Source: Planctomycetota bacterium
GTDB taxonomy: Bacteria; Planctomycetota; GCA-002687715; DRQF01
Direction of reading: 5' to 3'
Assembly: GCA_027001995.1 (NCBI GenBank)
Contig: JALTLO010000020.1
Coordinates: 14,009 to 26,783 of the forward strand
Length of the DNA stretch: 12,775 bases
Under the pieces are notes generated by a model, which saw nothing but the letters and a program-made list of their open reading frames with translations, made no database searches and had not been told where the DNA came from. Each line of letters opens with the position of its first letter. Positions within the stretch are counted from its first letter, which is position 1. Positions 1-8,897 of this stretch are shown here, piece after piece. The translations under genes were made by a program, and so were the position numbers.

Positions 1-129
1 ATTGCTGGGATCTTGGGAGGCGGTGGCGGCGGGCGGCCAGACTTTGCTCAAGCCGGGCGCAAGAATCCTGGTGAAGTAGAAGAAGCCTTGGAAGCCGCTC
101 GAGCTCACTTGGCAGCAGTTCTCAGCTAG
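1..129 (+). CDS. alaS: Alanine--tRNA ligase, C-terminal end (DHHA1/C-Ala domain), partial at window edge
   Basis: Frame 1 reads [42 protein letters not shown] (TAG 127-129). GGxGGGRPDxAQAG is the characteristic AlaRS C-terminal motif. Not in the ORF track. Confidence 0.85.
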   Translation: MAGILGGGGGGRPDFAQAGRKNPGEVEEALEAARAHLAAVLS

Positions 130-149
130 ACGAATCGATGGAGTTCAAG

Positions 150-181
150 AAAAGGGTCCCCGGATTCGGGGACCCTTTTTT
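150..181. terminator. Bidirectional intrinsic terminator between convergent alaS and ettA
   Basis: Perfect inverted repeat AAAAGGGTCCCCG (150-162) / CGGGGACCCTTTT (167-179) with loop GATT. It has a T-tract on both strands and lies between two convergent stop codons. Confidence 0.9.
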
Positions 182-192
182 CGATTAAGACT

Positions 193-1881
193 TTAGAACT
201 TGCGGTGTTTTCCCTTCTTGGATTCTTCACCCAAGCCTTCTTCTTCGCGCTTCATCTTCTTCCAATCAAGATAGGTGTCGTAGTCACCTTCAAAGAAGCG
301 TACTTTGCCCTCACCTTCGAAAGCCATGATGTGTGTGGCGGTTCGGTTGAGGAAGTAACGATCATGGCTGACGACGATGGCGCAGCCAGGGAAGTTTGAG
401 ATGGCTTCTTCAAGGACACGAAGGGTTTGCAAATCCAAATCGTTGGTGGGCTCATCCAACATCAAGACGTTGCCGCCTTGGCGCAGAAGTTTCGCCATTT
501 GTGCTCGATTGCGCTGACCACCGGATAGTTCGCCGATGCGCTTTTGCTGGTCGTTGCCACGGAAGCGGAAACGGCCCACATATGCTCGTGAGCTGATGGT
601 TCCATCGCCGTAAGGGATTTCGTCGCTTCCACCGGTGACTTCTTCAAAAACGGTTTTTGAGTCGTCCAAAGCAGCGCGCCCCTGGTCCACGTAGCAAGTT
701 TGAACTGTCTTGCCGATGGTGATGGTGCCGGTGTCTGGGGTGACCTCGCCGGTGATCATCTTCATCATGGTGGTCTTGCCTGCACCGTTGGGACCAATCA
801 CACCGATGATACCTCCTGGGGGAAGTTCGAAGCTTAAGTTTTCGATGAGGACGTTGTCACCGTAGGCTTTTGAGACATCTTCGAAGACGATGACTCGATT
901 GCCCAATCTTGGCCCCGGAGGAATGGGAATGTCGACGGAGTCCTCTTTGACCTCAAAGTTCTCGTGTTCGCTCATCAAGCGTTCGAATTCGCGGATGCGA
1001 GCTTTACTCTTGGCTTGACGAGCTTTCGGAGTCTGCTTCATCCAGCTCATTTCGCGTTCAAGTATCTTGCGCCGTGACGTGTCGCGGCGCTTCTCAACGC
1101 TGAGCAGTTTGGCTTTCTGTTCGAGGTAAGCGGAGTAGTTACCCTTAAATGGGATTCCCATGCCCCGTTCGATCTCCAGCATCCAACCGTCCGCACCTTT
1201 CAGAACATTGTCAAGGAAGTAGCGATCATGAGTAATCATGATGACGGCGCCTTGGTATTCGGCCAGATGGTGCTCTAACCAATCCACGGCATCAGCGTCC
1301 AAATGGTTGGTGGGCTCATCGAGAAGTAAGAGGTCAGGTTTAGACAGGAGAATTTTACAGATCGCAACGCGCCTTTGCTCTCCACCCGAGAGGGTTGTGA
1401 CGTTGGAGTCCTTGGGTGGAACCCCAAGGGCATGCATGGCGCGTTCTAAGCGGACGTCGATGTTCCAGGCGTCTTGGGCTTCAATTTCGGATTGGAGGCG
1501 ATCGAACTCGGCGTAGGCTTTTTCTGCGGCTTCCCCTTCGAGGTCGCCCATTTCGATGGATAGCTCGTTGTAGCGATCCAAAATGGCATTGATATCAGCC
1601 ACGCCTTCTTGAATGTTGCCCCAGACATCTTTGTCCGGATTGAGAGTGGGCTCCTGGGAGACATAACCCACGGTTTTTCCGTCTGCCAGCTTGGCCTTAC
1701 CTTCGAAATCTGGATCTTCTCCCGCCATGATTCTCATCAAGGTGGATTTTCCGCAGCCGTTGTGGCCAATGACCCCAATCTTGGCGCCTTCGAAGAAGCT
1801 CAACGTAATGCCTTTCAGCACCTCGTTTTCGGCGTATTGTTTGTGCAGGTCTTGAACCTGAAAGATGAATTTTTCGCTCAT
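193..1881 (-). CDS. ettA: ABC-F ATPase, energy-dependent translational throttle protein EttA (ChvD family)
   Basis: 562 aa with two ABC domains (GHNGCGKST, LSGGEQRR, LLLLDEPTNHLD; GPNGAGKTT, LSGGQRNR, LDEPTNDLD) and no TM segments. It carries the EttA-typical LSFFEGAKIGVIG N-terminus, KARQAKSKARI linker and IPPGPRLG. Confidence 0.93.
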   Translation of the reverse strand: MSEKFIFQVQDLHKQYAENEVLKGITLSFFEGAKIGVIGHNGCGKSTLMRIMAGEDPDFEGKAKLADGKTVGYVSQEPTLNPDKDVWGNIQEGVADINAILDRYNELSIEMGDLEGEAAEKAYAEFDRLQSEIEAQDAWNIDVRLERAMHALGVPPKDSNVTTLSGGEQRRVAICKILLSKPDLLLLDEPTNHLDADAVDWLEHHLAEYQGAVIMITHDRYFLDNVLKGADGWMLEIERGMGIPFKGNYSAYLEQKAKLLSVEKRRDTSRRKILEREMSWMKQTPKARQAKSKARIREFERLMSEHENFEVKEDSVDIPIPPGPRLGNRVIVFEDVSKAYGDNVLIENLSFELPPGGIIGVIGPNGAGKTTMMKMITGEVTPDTGTITIGKTVQTCYVDQGRAALDDSKTVFEEVTGGSDEIPYGDGTISSRAYVGRFRFRGNDQQKRIGELSGGQRNRAQMAKLLRQGGNVLMLDEPTNDLDLQTLRVLEEAISNFPGCAIVVSHDRYFLNRTATHIMAFEGEGKVRFFEGDYDTYLDWKKMKREEEGLGEESKKGKHRKF

Positions 1882-2002
1882 GGCATCCGCTTTCTAACTT
1901 AATAGTCATGGGATGATACTCGTCTGGTGTGACGGTTTCGAGTCCTTATAATCAACCTGGAAGCACAATTTTACCGAAGCTGGAACCGAAAAGGATCTGA
2001 AT

Positions 2003-3391
2003 ATGGATTACCGCATCGAAACCGACAGTATGGGCGAGATCAAGGTCCCAACGACTGCTTACTGGGGGGCTCAGACCCAGAGGTCCCGCGGGAATTTCAA
2101 AATTGGCGGCCATCGTTTTCCTCGGGAGTTCATTTATGCCCTCGGATGCGTCAAGAAAGCGTGTGCATCTGCCAACAAAGATTTGGAAAATCTGAAGCCA
2201 GAAGTGGCCGATGCTATTATCGAGGCAGCCAATGAGGTCATGAGCGGAAACTTGGATGAACACTTCCCGTTGGTGGTTTGGCAGACCGGGAGTGGCACTC
2301 AAACCAACATGAATGCCAACGAAGTGATCTCCAATTGGGCGATTGAGAAAATGGGGGGGGAAATGGGCTCCAAGACCCCCGTTCATCCCAACGATCACGT
2401 GAATTGTTCTCAATCCTCCAATGACACCATTCCTACCGCTATGCACGTTGCGGCAGCTGATCGGGTGGTCAACCGCTTGATGCCAGAAGTTTCTCGCCTG
2501 CGGGACACACTGCGGGAGCGTTCGGAAGCATTCAAAGACGTTGTCAAGATTGGCCGGACTCACCTTCAGGACGCCACCCCTGTTACCCTCGGGCAAGAAA
2601 TCTCAGGTTGGGCGACTCAATTAGACCACGGTCTGAAGCGAGTCGAAAACGCTATGCATTTCCTTTGTGAGTTGGCTCAAGGAGGAACCGCTGTTGGCAC
2701 AGGTTTGAACACCCATCCTGAATTCGCAGCGAAAGTGGCAGCAAACATTGCTGAATACACGGGGATTCCATTTCGCACCGCCGAGAATAAGTTCGAAGCG
2801 CTTGCTGCCCATGATGCCGTGGTCGAAATGAGCGGTGCTCTCAAGGTCCTTGCTTGCAGCCTCAACAAGATTGCCAATGATGTGCGCTGGTTGGCCAGCG
2901 GCCCTCGCTGTGGCATTGGCGAAATCGCTATTCCTGAAAATGAGCCAGGCAGCTCGATCATGCCTGGGAAAGTCAATCCAACTCAATGCGAAGCTATGAC
3001 TATGGTCTGCTGCCAAGTCATCGGCAATGATGCAGCCATCACCATGGGTGGGGCTTCGGGTAACTTCGAGCTCAACGTTTATAAGCCCATGATGATCTTC
3101 AATTTATTGGAGAGTACCCGCATCTTGGCTGATGCCTGTGAAAGCTTTAATGACCTGTGCTGTGTTGGTTTGACACCTCGAGAGGATGTGATTGCTGAGA
3201 ACTTGCAACGATCTTTGATGTTGGTGACGGCCCTCAATCCTGTCATTGGCTACGACGATGCCGCTTTGGTGGCTAAGGAAGCCTTCAAGACCGGTAAGAC
3301 ATTGAAGGAAGTGGCTTTAGAAAAGAAGCTCCTGAGTGCAGAAGCATTCGATTTGGCTGTCGATCCGAGCAAGATGCTTGGGCCGAAGTAG
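2003..3391 (+). CDS. fumC: Fumarate hydratase class II
   Basis: 462 aa with [48 protein letters not shown] and the signature [15 protein letters not shown]. Purine-rich RBS (AAAGGA) upstream. Confidence 0.97.
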   Translation: MDYRIETDSMGEIKVPTTAYWGAQTQRSRGNFKIGGHRFPREFIYALGCVKKACASANKDLENLKPEVADAIIEAANEVMSGNLDEHFPLVVWQTGSGTQTNMNANEVISNWAIEKMGGEMGSKTPVHPNDHVNCSQSSNDTIPTAMHVAAADRVVNRLMPEVSRLRDTLRERSEAFKDVVKIGRTHLQDATPVTLGQEISGWATQLDHGLKRVENAMHFLCELAQGGTAVGTGLNTHPEFAAKVAANIAEYTGIPFRTAENKFEALAAHDAVVEMSGALKVLACSLNKIANDVRWLASGPRCGIGEIAIPENEPGSSIMPGKVNPTQCEAMTMVCCQVIGNDAAITMGGASGNFELNVYKPMMIFNLLESTRILADACESFNDLCCVGLTPREDVIAENLQRSLMLVTALNPVIGYDDAALVAKEAFKTGKTLKEVALEKKLLSAEAFDLAVDPSKMLGPK

Positions 3392-3430
3392 AGTTGAGCT
3401 GAAGGAAATCGCGGTCATGACCGTCAATAT

Positions 3431-3473
3431 GCTTTGGATGTGGTCTGTCGATCACGTCCAAAGCGTTTTCTTG
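3431..3473 (+). terminator. Probable intrinsic terminator of fumC
   Basis: 15-bp stem GCTTTGGATGTGGTC (3431-3445) / GATCACGTCCAAAGC (3450-3464), with two G-U pairs that form only on the + strand and loop TGTC. Followed by GTTTTCTTGTT. Confidence 0.7.
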
Positions 3474-3551
3474 TTATATCTTGTGTGAGATAAGATGCAG
3501 CTCTAAAGAGTTTTTCTCTCTCGTTCGATAGCTGGGTTTGCTGAATGCCAA

Positions 3552-4124
3552 TTGACCCAAATGAGATATCGAATGCGCCAGTCTGTAGGACTTTATCAAC
3601 GGGGATTCTCTGTTCTTGAACTTATTCTCACTGTGACTCTTCTTCTTGGAGTCGCTGCAGTTTGCGTTCCAGGGCCAGCCCCAGAACTTCAGTCGGACGA
3701 AGATCGCATGGCCACGGAAGCCTGCCGTTCCATTGCTCGGGGTTTGGAAGACTACCAGAGTGACACCGGATTTGTGCCGGAAGGGCGAAGTGGAAAGAAG
3801 ACTTTCGCCTGGCTTAGAGGGCCTGGTCCTGAACCCCAATTCAATGATCATCCAGGAGGTCTCGCCAGTGATTTGTCTTGGTTCTTATTGAAAAACAAGA
3901 TGGGTGGCGGAGAGAAGTGGGGCGGACCTTATGTTGAGAATCTCGATGCCGACCCATGGGGGCATAGCTACATCGTGCTTTTCCGCGAGGAAGAAAAAGA
4001 CAACAATGTGTCAGAAGTTTCGCTGACGCGATGGGTGCTGTCCGCTGGTGCAGACGGTATCCTGCAAACAACCGTCCACGATTCCATTTTGTCCGGTGAC
4101 GATCGAGGCGTCGAACTCAATTGA
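3552..4124 (+). CDS. Type II secretion GspG-like pseudopilin (prepilin N-terminal cleavage/methylation protein). True start may be ATG 3561 or 3573.
   Basis: Class III signal QRG|FSVLELIL with E at +5, followed by a hydrophobic helix. The C-terminal half has the GspG-like motifs WGGPY, DPWGHSY and SAGADG. Confidence 0.8.
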   Translation: MTQMRYRMRQSVGLYQRGFSVLELILTVTLLLGVAAVCVPGPAPELQSDEDRMATEACRSIARGLEDYQSDTGFVPEGRSGKKTFAWLRGPGPEPQFNDHPGGLASDLSWFLLKNKMGGGEKWGGPYVENLDADPWGHSYIVLFREEEKDNNVSEVSLTRWVLSAGADGILQTTVHDSILSGDDRGVELN

Positions 4125-4135
4125 ATACCGAGGGC

Positions 4136-7100
4136 TTAGATCGCATCTGACTTCAAGAGTAGAAGCGCTGCTTGTTCCAAGAAACTGCTTGCGGTGAATG
4201 GCTTGCGAATCAGGGCTACGTACTCATCCTTATCGACAACTGTGAGGGGAGAAGTCTCCGAAAATCCAGTCATCATGAGGATTGGAAGTGTTGGATCTTT
4301 TTGTCGCAAGTTACGGACGACGCCGAATCCATCCATCCGTGGCATGCGAATATCACTGATAACCAGAGACCATGATGCTGGATCTTGATCGAAAGCTTCG
4401 ATCCCAGCTTGGCCATCCCCCGCAGTCACCACATCAAAACCAGCATTCTTCAAGATCCGACTGCTGATCCGCAAGATTTCCTGGTCGTCGTCGATGACCA
4501 GGAGTCGTCCACCGCGAGAACGTAGTAGGCTCTTGGCTTTGTCGCTGGGTACAGATTCGATGGGGCCTGCGTAGAGAGGGAAGGTCAATTTCATGACTGT
4601 TCCGCTCTCCTCTTCAGAAGTAAAGGTCAACTTGGCGGAGCATTCACGGGCGATTTTGTCCACCATTGTTAGCCCCAGTCCGCGATGTTGGTTCTTGTCT
4701 TTGGTGGAGAAGAATGGTGCTGTGGCATGGGCCGAGACTTCCCGAGACATGCCGCAGCCCTGGTCTTCGACTGTGATGACAGCAGAATCATTTTCTCTTG
4801 CCGATCGAACAGTGATGCAAAGATCAGAGGGGGCGGCTTCTTCAGCATTTCGGATTAAGTCAAGAAGACAGCGGGTCAGAGCATCCCGAGCCATAAGGAC
4901 GGGTAGGGAATCATCCCAGGAAATCACTTGCAGTTGGATGGAAGGGGCGACCATACTGCGGGCCAATTCCACAGCATCTTCCACTGCGGAAACCAAATTG
5001 ACGTTCGTCCGCAAACCGGAAGTCTCATTGGTGAGCGCGCTGAGCCTCGCGGTTAGATCTCGACCGCGGAGCGCGGATCTTTCAATAGCATCGACGAGCT
5101 CAAGGTTTTCATCGGTTTTGTCTATGGTTTGGTTGAGGAGGGTTGCAGCCCCAAGAATACCACCAACAACATTGTTGAATTCATGTGTGATGTTGTTGAC
5201 CAATAAATTGAGGAGGTCTGTTTTTTGGTTTTGGATGATTGTTTGTTGAAGCTCATGCCTTGCGGTGACGTCAGACATGATTCCGTAGAGTGCCCCATCG
5301 TCATGAGATTCGCCGATGACCGGGCGAATTTGCAGTTCAATCCACTTGACCACGCCGTTACTTTCTTGGCGCCGGAATTCGACGGTTTTACCGCCAAGGG
5401 TAAGCTCGACGTTTCGTAAGGCCTCAATCACGGACTGCCAATCCCGGTTGTCGATGGTGTCGAGCCAAGCTGTTGCATTGGTGGTGAGGCCTTCCGCTGG
5501 TGTTCCTAAGACCTCTAAGACGGCGCCGTCAGCCCGGCAAAGAGCGAAGTTTTGTGCCGCCCCAAAACTGGTCCAAAAAACGATGGGCAGGGTTTCGAAA
5601 ATGCGGGCGATTCGTCTCTGGCTTTCCCGTAAGGCGGCCAAGAGCTTGTTGGCCCCATGGGCTTGCCGAACCAGACTGCGAATCAACTCGAAAAGGTTCG
5701 AGAGACCTCTTCGCGCATTTTCAGATAGTCGTCCCAGAAGAGCACTGACGACGGTCTTGTGACGATTGTCTGCGGGCATCACTTGGAACAAGACATCCCG
5801 GTCTGCTCGGAGGGTTTCCATGATGGTGCGAGCACAACGTTCCGCATCCCGGCAGGCCTCGACCGCTTGGTCACAGGTCTTGGGGTCGTCGGCATAGTAC
5901 ATCGCTAAGATGAAATAGATGTCGCGCAAACTTGCTGGGTCTTGGGCCAAGGCCGCCACGTGGATGGCAAACTCGGCAGCCGGCACAATCCTCTTGTTGT
6001 CGGGCTTTATCTCCCGCAGGATTCTGAGACGCTCCCGAGCGAGTTGAGAGAGCCAAGGGTCATTGGGACAAGGGCGCTCGATGGCGTCGCAATAGGTCAC
6101 GGCTGCGGCGAGGGCAGCCTCCAAGGAGCCTTGGGCACGGAGGGCGCAGACACGGACGAAAACGTCTAAAGAGTGCCATTTCCTTTCGCTGCTGGCGGTC
6201 AAAGGGACGAAGTTGTGAATGAGACTTTGGGCCAGGTGGAGATCACCGGCATGGACACGAGCCAAAGCCTCAAGACGTTGACAATGGGCGGTAAACTTGT
6301 CGCTCTTGTCAAGGTTCTCAAACCTCTTGATTTCAACAATCGCTGCATCGTACTCGCCGCCATGAATCAGGTCTTGGCTTAATGACAGAGCCGCCGATCG
6401 TTGAAGTCTTGGGGGTAAGACATGATCTTCTCCATGGAGTAGCTCAAGCCAAAGAGAAATCGAGCTGGCGTATTGTTGGCGCAGGGAAAGAATCTTAGCG
6501 CCATGCATGGTAATCATGGCTCTTTGGTGAGCGAAGAGTCGGCTATCTTGCTGCAGAGCCAAGTAGCCAGATAGAGACTCGGGGGCGCCTTCTGCAGTTT
6601 CTAAGTGAAGCCTCAGGATAGACTCACAACAGGCGAAAATGTCATATCCAATGACATGGGGAGACTCTCTCACAAACGTCGCAAGGGATTCTTTCGCCTT
6701 CGCTAACTTATTGGTCGACACTTCAAATTCGAATCGACGCATGTGATGCTTCACCGAGAAGAAGTCTTCCCCGACATCGCTGCGGTTTTCACCTAAGATT
6801 TCCTCGAAGCGGGCTATTTCTTGAATATCGCCTTGGCGATAGGCCAATTCAGCGCCCCGGTCAATGAGCATCCGCTTGATGAGGGGGTCTTCGATCTCCT
6901 TCGTGAGTTCCAAGTCAATGGCTTCCATTGAGTCTCTGAGCTCTTCGCAGAAAAGGTCATGGAGCAGGGGTGGGAGGGGTGTTTTGGACTCCAGGAAAAA
7001 GCGATCCATCAATTCAAGGCGAGCTTGGGAATAGCGATTCCGTGGGTACATCCACAACAAGAGCATTAGTTCTTTCGTGCTGATCATTTGCATCAGACGT

Positions 7101-7177
7101 TGAATCTGTCCAGGTGTTTGATGGCCATAACACCAGGAGCGCACGACTTCTTTTGCTGGGAGGAGTTCTTGTCCCAT
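4136..7177 (-). CDS. Hybrid sensor histidine kinase/response regulator (long helical TPR-like N-terminus, PAS, HisKA, HATPase, REC)
   Basis: H box ITHEFNN, N box LLDLIRNAEEA, G1 VEDQGCGM, F box PFFSTK, G2 RGLGL. Receiver domain LVIDDD...VISDIRMPRMDG...MTG...RKPF. PAS/PAC segment (VEFRRQESNGVVKWIE...GIMSDVT). SD-like AGAGGA 5 nt before the ATG. Confidence 0.9.
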   Translation of the reverse strand: MGQELLPAKEVVRSWCYGHQTPGQIQRLMQMISTKELMLLLWMYPRNRYSQARLELMDRFFLESKTPLPPLLHDLFCEELRDSMEAIDLELTKEIEDPLIKRMLIDRGAELAYRQGDIQEIARFEEILGENRSDVGEDFFSVKHHMRRFEFEVSTNKLAKAKESLATFVRESPHVIGYDIFACCESILRLHLETAEGAPESLSGYLALQQDSRLFAHQRAMITMHGAKILSLRQQYASSISLWLELLHGEDHVLPPRLQRSAALSLSQDLIHGGEYDAAIVEIKRFENLDKSDKFTAHCQRLEALARVHAGDLHLAQSLIHNFVPLTASSERKWHSLDVFVRVCALRAQGSLEAALAAAVTYCDAIERPCPNDPWLSQLARERLRILREIKPDNKRIVPAAEFAIHVAALAQDPASLRDIYFILAMYYADDPKTCDQAVEACRDAERCARTIMETLRADRDVLFQVMPADNRHKTVVSALLGRLSENARRGLSNLFELIRSLVRQAHGANKLLAALRESQRRIARIFETLPIVFWTSFGAAQNFALCRADGAVLEVLGTPAEGLTTNATAWLDTIDNRDWQSVIEALRNVELTLGGKTVEFRRQESNGVVKWIELQIRPVIGESHDDGALYGIMSDVTARHELQQTIIQNQKTDLLNLLVNNITHEFNNVVGGILGAATLLNQTIDKTDENLELVDAIERSALRGRDLTARLSALTNETSGLRTNVNLVSAVEDAVELARSMVAPSIQLQVISWDDSLPVLMARDALTRCLLDLIRNAEEAAPSDLCITVRSARENDSAVITVEDQGCGMSREVSAHATAPFFSTKDKNQHRGLGLTMVDKIARECSAKLTFTSEEESGTVMKLTFPLYAGPIESVPSDKAKSLLRSRGGRLLVIDDDQEILRISSRILKNAGFDVVTAGDGQAGIEAFDQDPASWSLVISDIRMPRMDGFGVVRNLRQKDPTLPILMMTGFSETSPLTVVDKDEYVALIRKPFTASSFLEQAALLLLKSDAI

Positions 7178-7293
7178 ATCTATCCTCTGCCCAATTGTCT
7201 CGCTGGCCTGCCTTCATCTCTTCCCGTTCTTGACGACGATCTTGTGATCAAGCCCGGGGATCAGAGCTTAGACTTTCTGCGCATTTTATTCTG

Positions 7294-7866
7294 CTACTGT
7301 TCATCGGTGATTTTGTCGCGCTCCAGGCGAAAATCATCCAGGGTCGAGAGAACAGATGCTGGGTTGTCGAATTCTTGAAATAGCAGCCGTGAAGGCGTTC
7401 TGGAGAATCGTTCGAGATCGAAGCGATCCAGCATCGCCAAGAATGGTTGCCAATAGTTTTCCGGGTTGAACAAAAGCAGAGGCTCTGGGGCCATATTCAA
7501 ATGCTTGAGTGTTAAGATTTCATTGAATTCGTCCAGGGTTCCGCAACCTCCCGTTAAAGCAAGGTAGGCATCTGCGTGTTTCTCCATTATTTCCTTCCGT
7601 ATCCGCAAGCTCTCAACCTCGATGATTTCGTCAGATTGAGGAAAAGGCAGACAGCGACCGGCGAATGAACTGGGGATCACGCTTATGACTCTTCGGCCTT
7701 GCTTCTTGAAAGTTTCGGCGACAATGGCCATGAGACCCATATTGCTGCCCCCGAAGACAAGATCCCATCCTGCTTGGGCTATTGATCGGGCAATTTGCCT
7801 GGCCCAGATTCGGTATTTTTCGTCACATGCACTGCTGGAAGCAGCGAAAACACAAATTGTCGGCAT
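7294..7866 (-). CDS. LOG family protein (TIGR00730-like Rossmann-fold nucleotide phosphoribohydrolase), 190 aa
   Basis: From ATG 7866: MPTICVFAASS...LVFGGSNMGLM...RKEIM...ADAYLALTGGCGTLDE, a variant of the LOG PGGxGTxxE motif. The ORF-track extension to 8028 looks non-coding. Confidence 0.88.
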   Translation of the reverse strand: MPTICVFAASSSACDEKYRIWARQIARSIAQAGWDLVFGGSNMGLMAIVAETFKKQGRRVISVIPSSFAGRCLPFPQSDEIIEVESLRIRKEIMEKHADAYLALTGGCGTLDEFNEILTLKHLNMAPEPLLLFNPENYWQPFLAMLDRFDLERFSRTPSRLLFQEFDNPASVLSTLDDFRLERDKITDEQ

Positions 7867-7982
7867 AGTTAACTTTCTGGAACTTTGCTTGAGATCAATA
7901 CTTAGGACGTTTGGCTCAGGGTTTTTTGAGAATAGTTGAGCATTTCTGCGCCGTTTTCGGCGGTGTTGGCGTCTATAGCTAT

Positions 7983-8095
7983 GGAATGGGTTCAGTAGAA
8001 GTCGTGTGACTGACTCCCACCTCGACAAACGGCAAATGTAACAACATCATCAATCTCTCCTACTAGGTCAGTCACACTTCTTCTCGCCCTGTTCT
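7983..8095. repeat. Long imperfect inverted repeat (candidate structured RNA)
   Basis: GTGTGACTGAC (8004-8014) is the exact reverse complement of GTCAGTCACAC (8067-8077). Pairing extends through AGAAG (7997-8001) / CTTCT (8080-8084) and GGAATGGG (7983-7990) / CCTGTTCT (8088-8095, with G-U pairs). Confidence 0.6.
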
Positions 8096-8216
8096 TCGAT
8101 TCAATTCTCCCCATAAACAATGAGAAAAGAAATACGATGAGATGCCAAGGTATGTCAACTGGTGTCTATCAGGCTTCCTAACCTGAAAGATCACAGGGCT
8201 TGAAATGGGCTCAATG

Positions 8217-8254
8217 AAAAGGGGCTTCCAACGAGAAAGTTGGAAGCCCCTTTT
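8217..8254. terminator. Intrinsic terminator, potentially bidirectional, downstream of the 8296..8631 gene
   Basis: Perfect 16-bp inverted repeat AAAAGGGGCTTCCAAC (8217-8232) / GTTGGAAGCCCCTTTT (8239-8254) with loop GAGAAA. Confidence 0.88.
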
Positions 8255-8295
8255 GAATTTGAAACATGAAATCCCCGAAAAATGCTCAGGCGGGG

Positions 8296-8631
8296 TTATT
8301 CGCCTTCAGCGCCGAATTCTTCATCCTCTGGCATGAGTTCCAAAGCAAAAACCAAGATGGGAATATTGACTTGGACTGGAACTAAGAGGGGAGCCACGGG
8401 GCCAATGCGTTCCGAATCTGTGCCGCGAAGGCGAGGGCGATCTAGAACCTTCTGCATGACCAGGGCCTTAAACTCGTTGAAGCTGACGCCAAATTCGATG
8501 CACAAACGATAGATGTCGTTGGCCAACGTTTTGGCAATCTCCGGGAACCCTGGGTCGCCGGCGTTCAAGCCCTTGAATTCTGGGCTGAATGCTTGGTTAA
8601 GAATCGCTAAATAGGTCTGCTCTTTTCTCAT
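8296..8631 (-). CDS. Hypothetical protein, 111 aa, acidic C-terminal tail
   Basis: ATG start preceded by purine-rich GAAAGTGAGAA, protein-like composition, and a strong terminator about 40 nt downstream. No family recognised. Confidence 0.7.
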   Translation of the reverse strand: MRKEQTYLAILNQAFSPEFKGLNAGDPGFPEIAKTLANDIYRLCIEFGVSFNEFKALVMQKVLDRPRLRGTDSERIGPVAPLLVPVQVNIPILVFALELMPEDEEFGAEGE

Positions 8632-8789
8632 GGCATTCTCACTTTCGTCATGAGTACGGTCAAAAGGCCGTGCTCAATAGAAGATACGTGAGCCAATTCG
8701 CCAAGAAAGAAAACAATTCTTTGAAGAAATAGATAACTTCAGGCGTGTCTATGGGGCATCATGACCCCAATTTACGTTCGAATTCGCAC

Positions 8790-8897
8790 TTTGAGCCCGA
8801 AACCTGCCATTTTGGACTGAGGGAATCATTTTTGAGCCCGTTGGAATTCTTCCGTAAAGTCCGCCGTTCTATTCGTGCTCGATCTGGCTTTGAGCCC
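8790..8897. repeat. Three direct copies of TTTGAGCCC in the divergent promoter region (candidate regulator-binding sites)
   Basis: Exact 9-mer at 8790-8798, 8831-8839 and 8889-8897. Confidence 0.55.

Noticed and set aside
7867..8028. 54-aa N-terminal extension of the LOG ORF (TTG start at 8028)
   Set aside because: LOG homology begins at MPTICVF (ATG 7866). The extension is Arg-rich, low-complexity and overlaps the intergenic stem-loop.
8790..8897. CRISPR array interpretation of the TTTGAGCCC repeats
   Set aside because: The repeats are only 9 nt with unequal spacing, and there are no cas genes.
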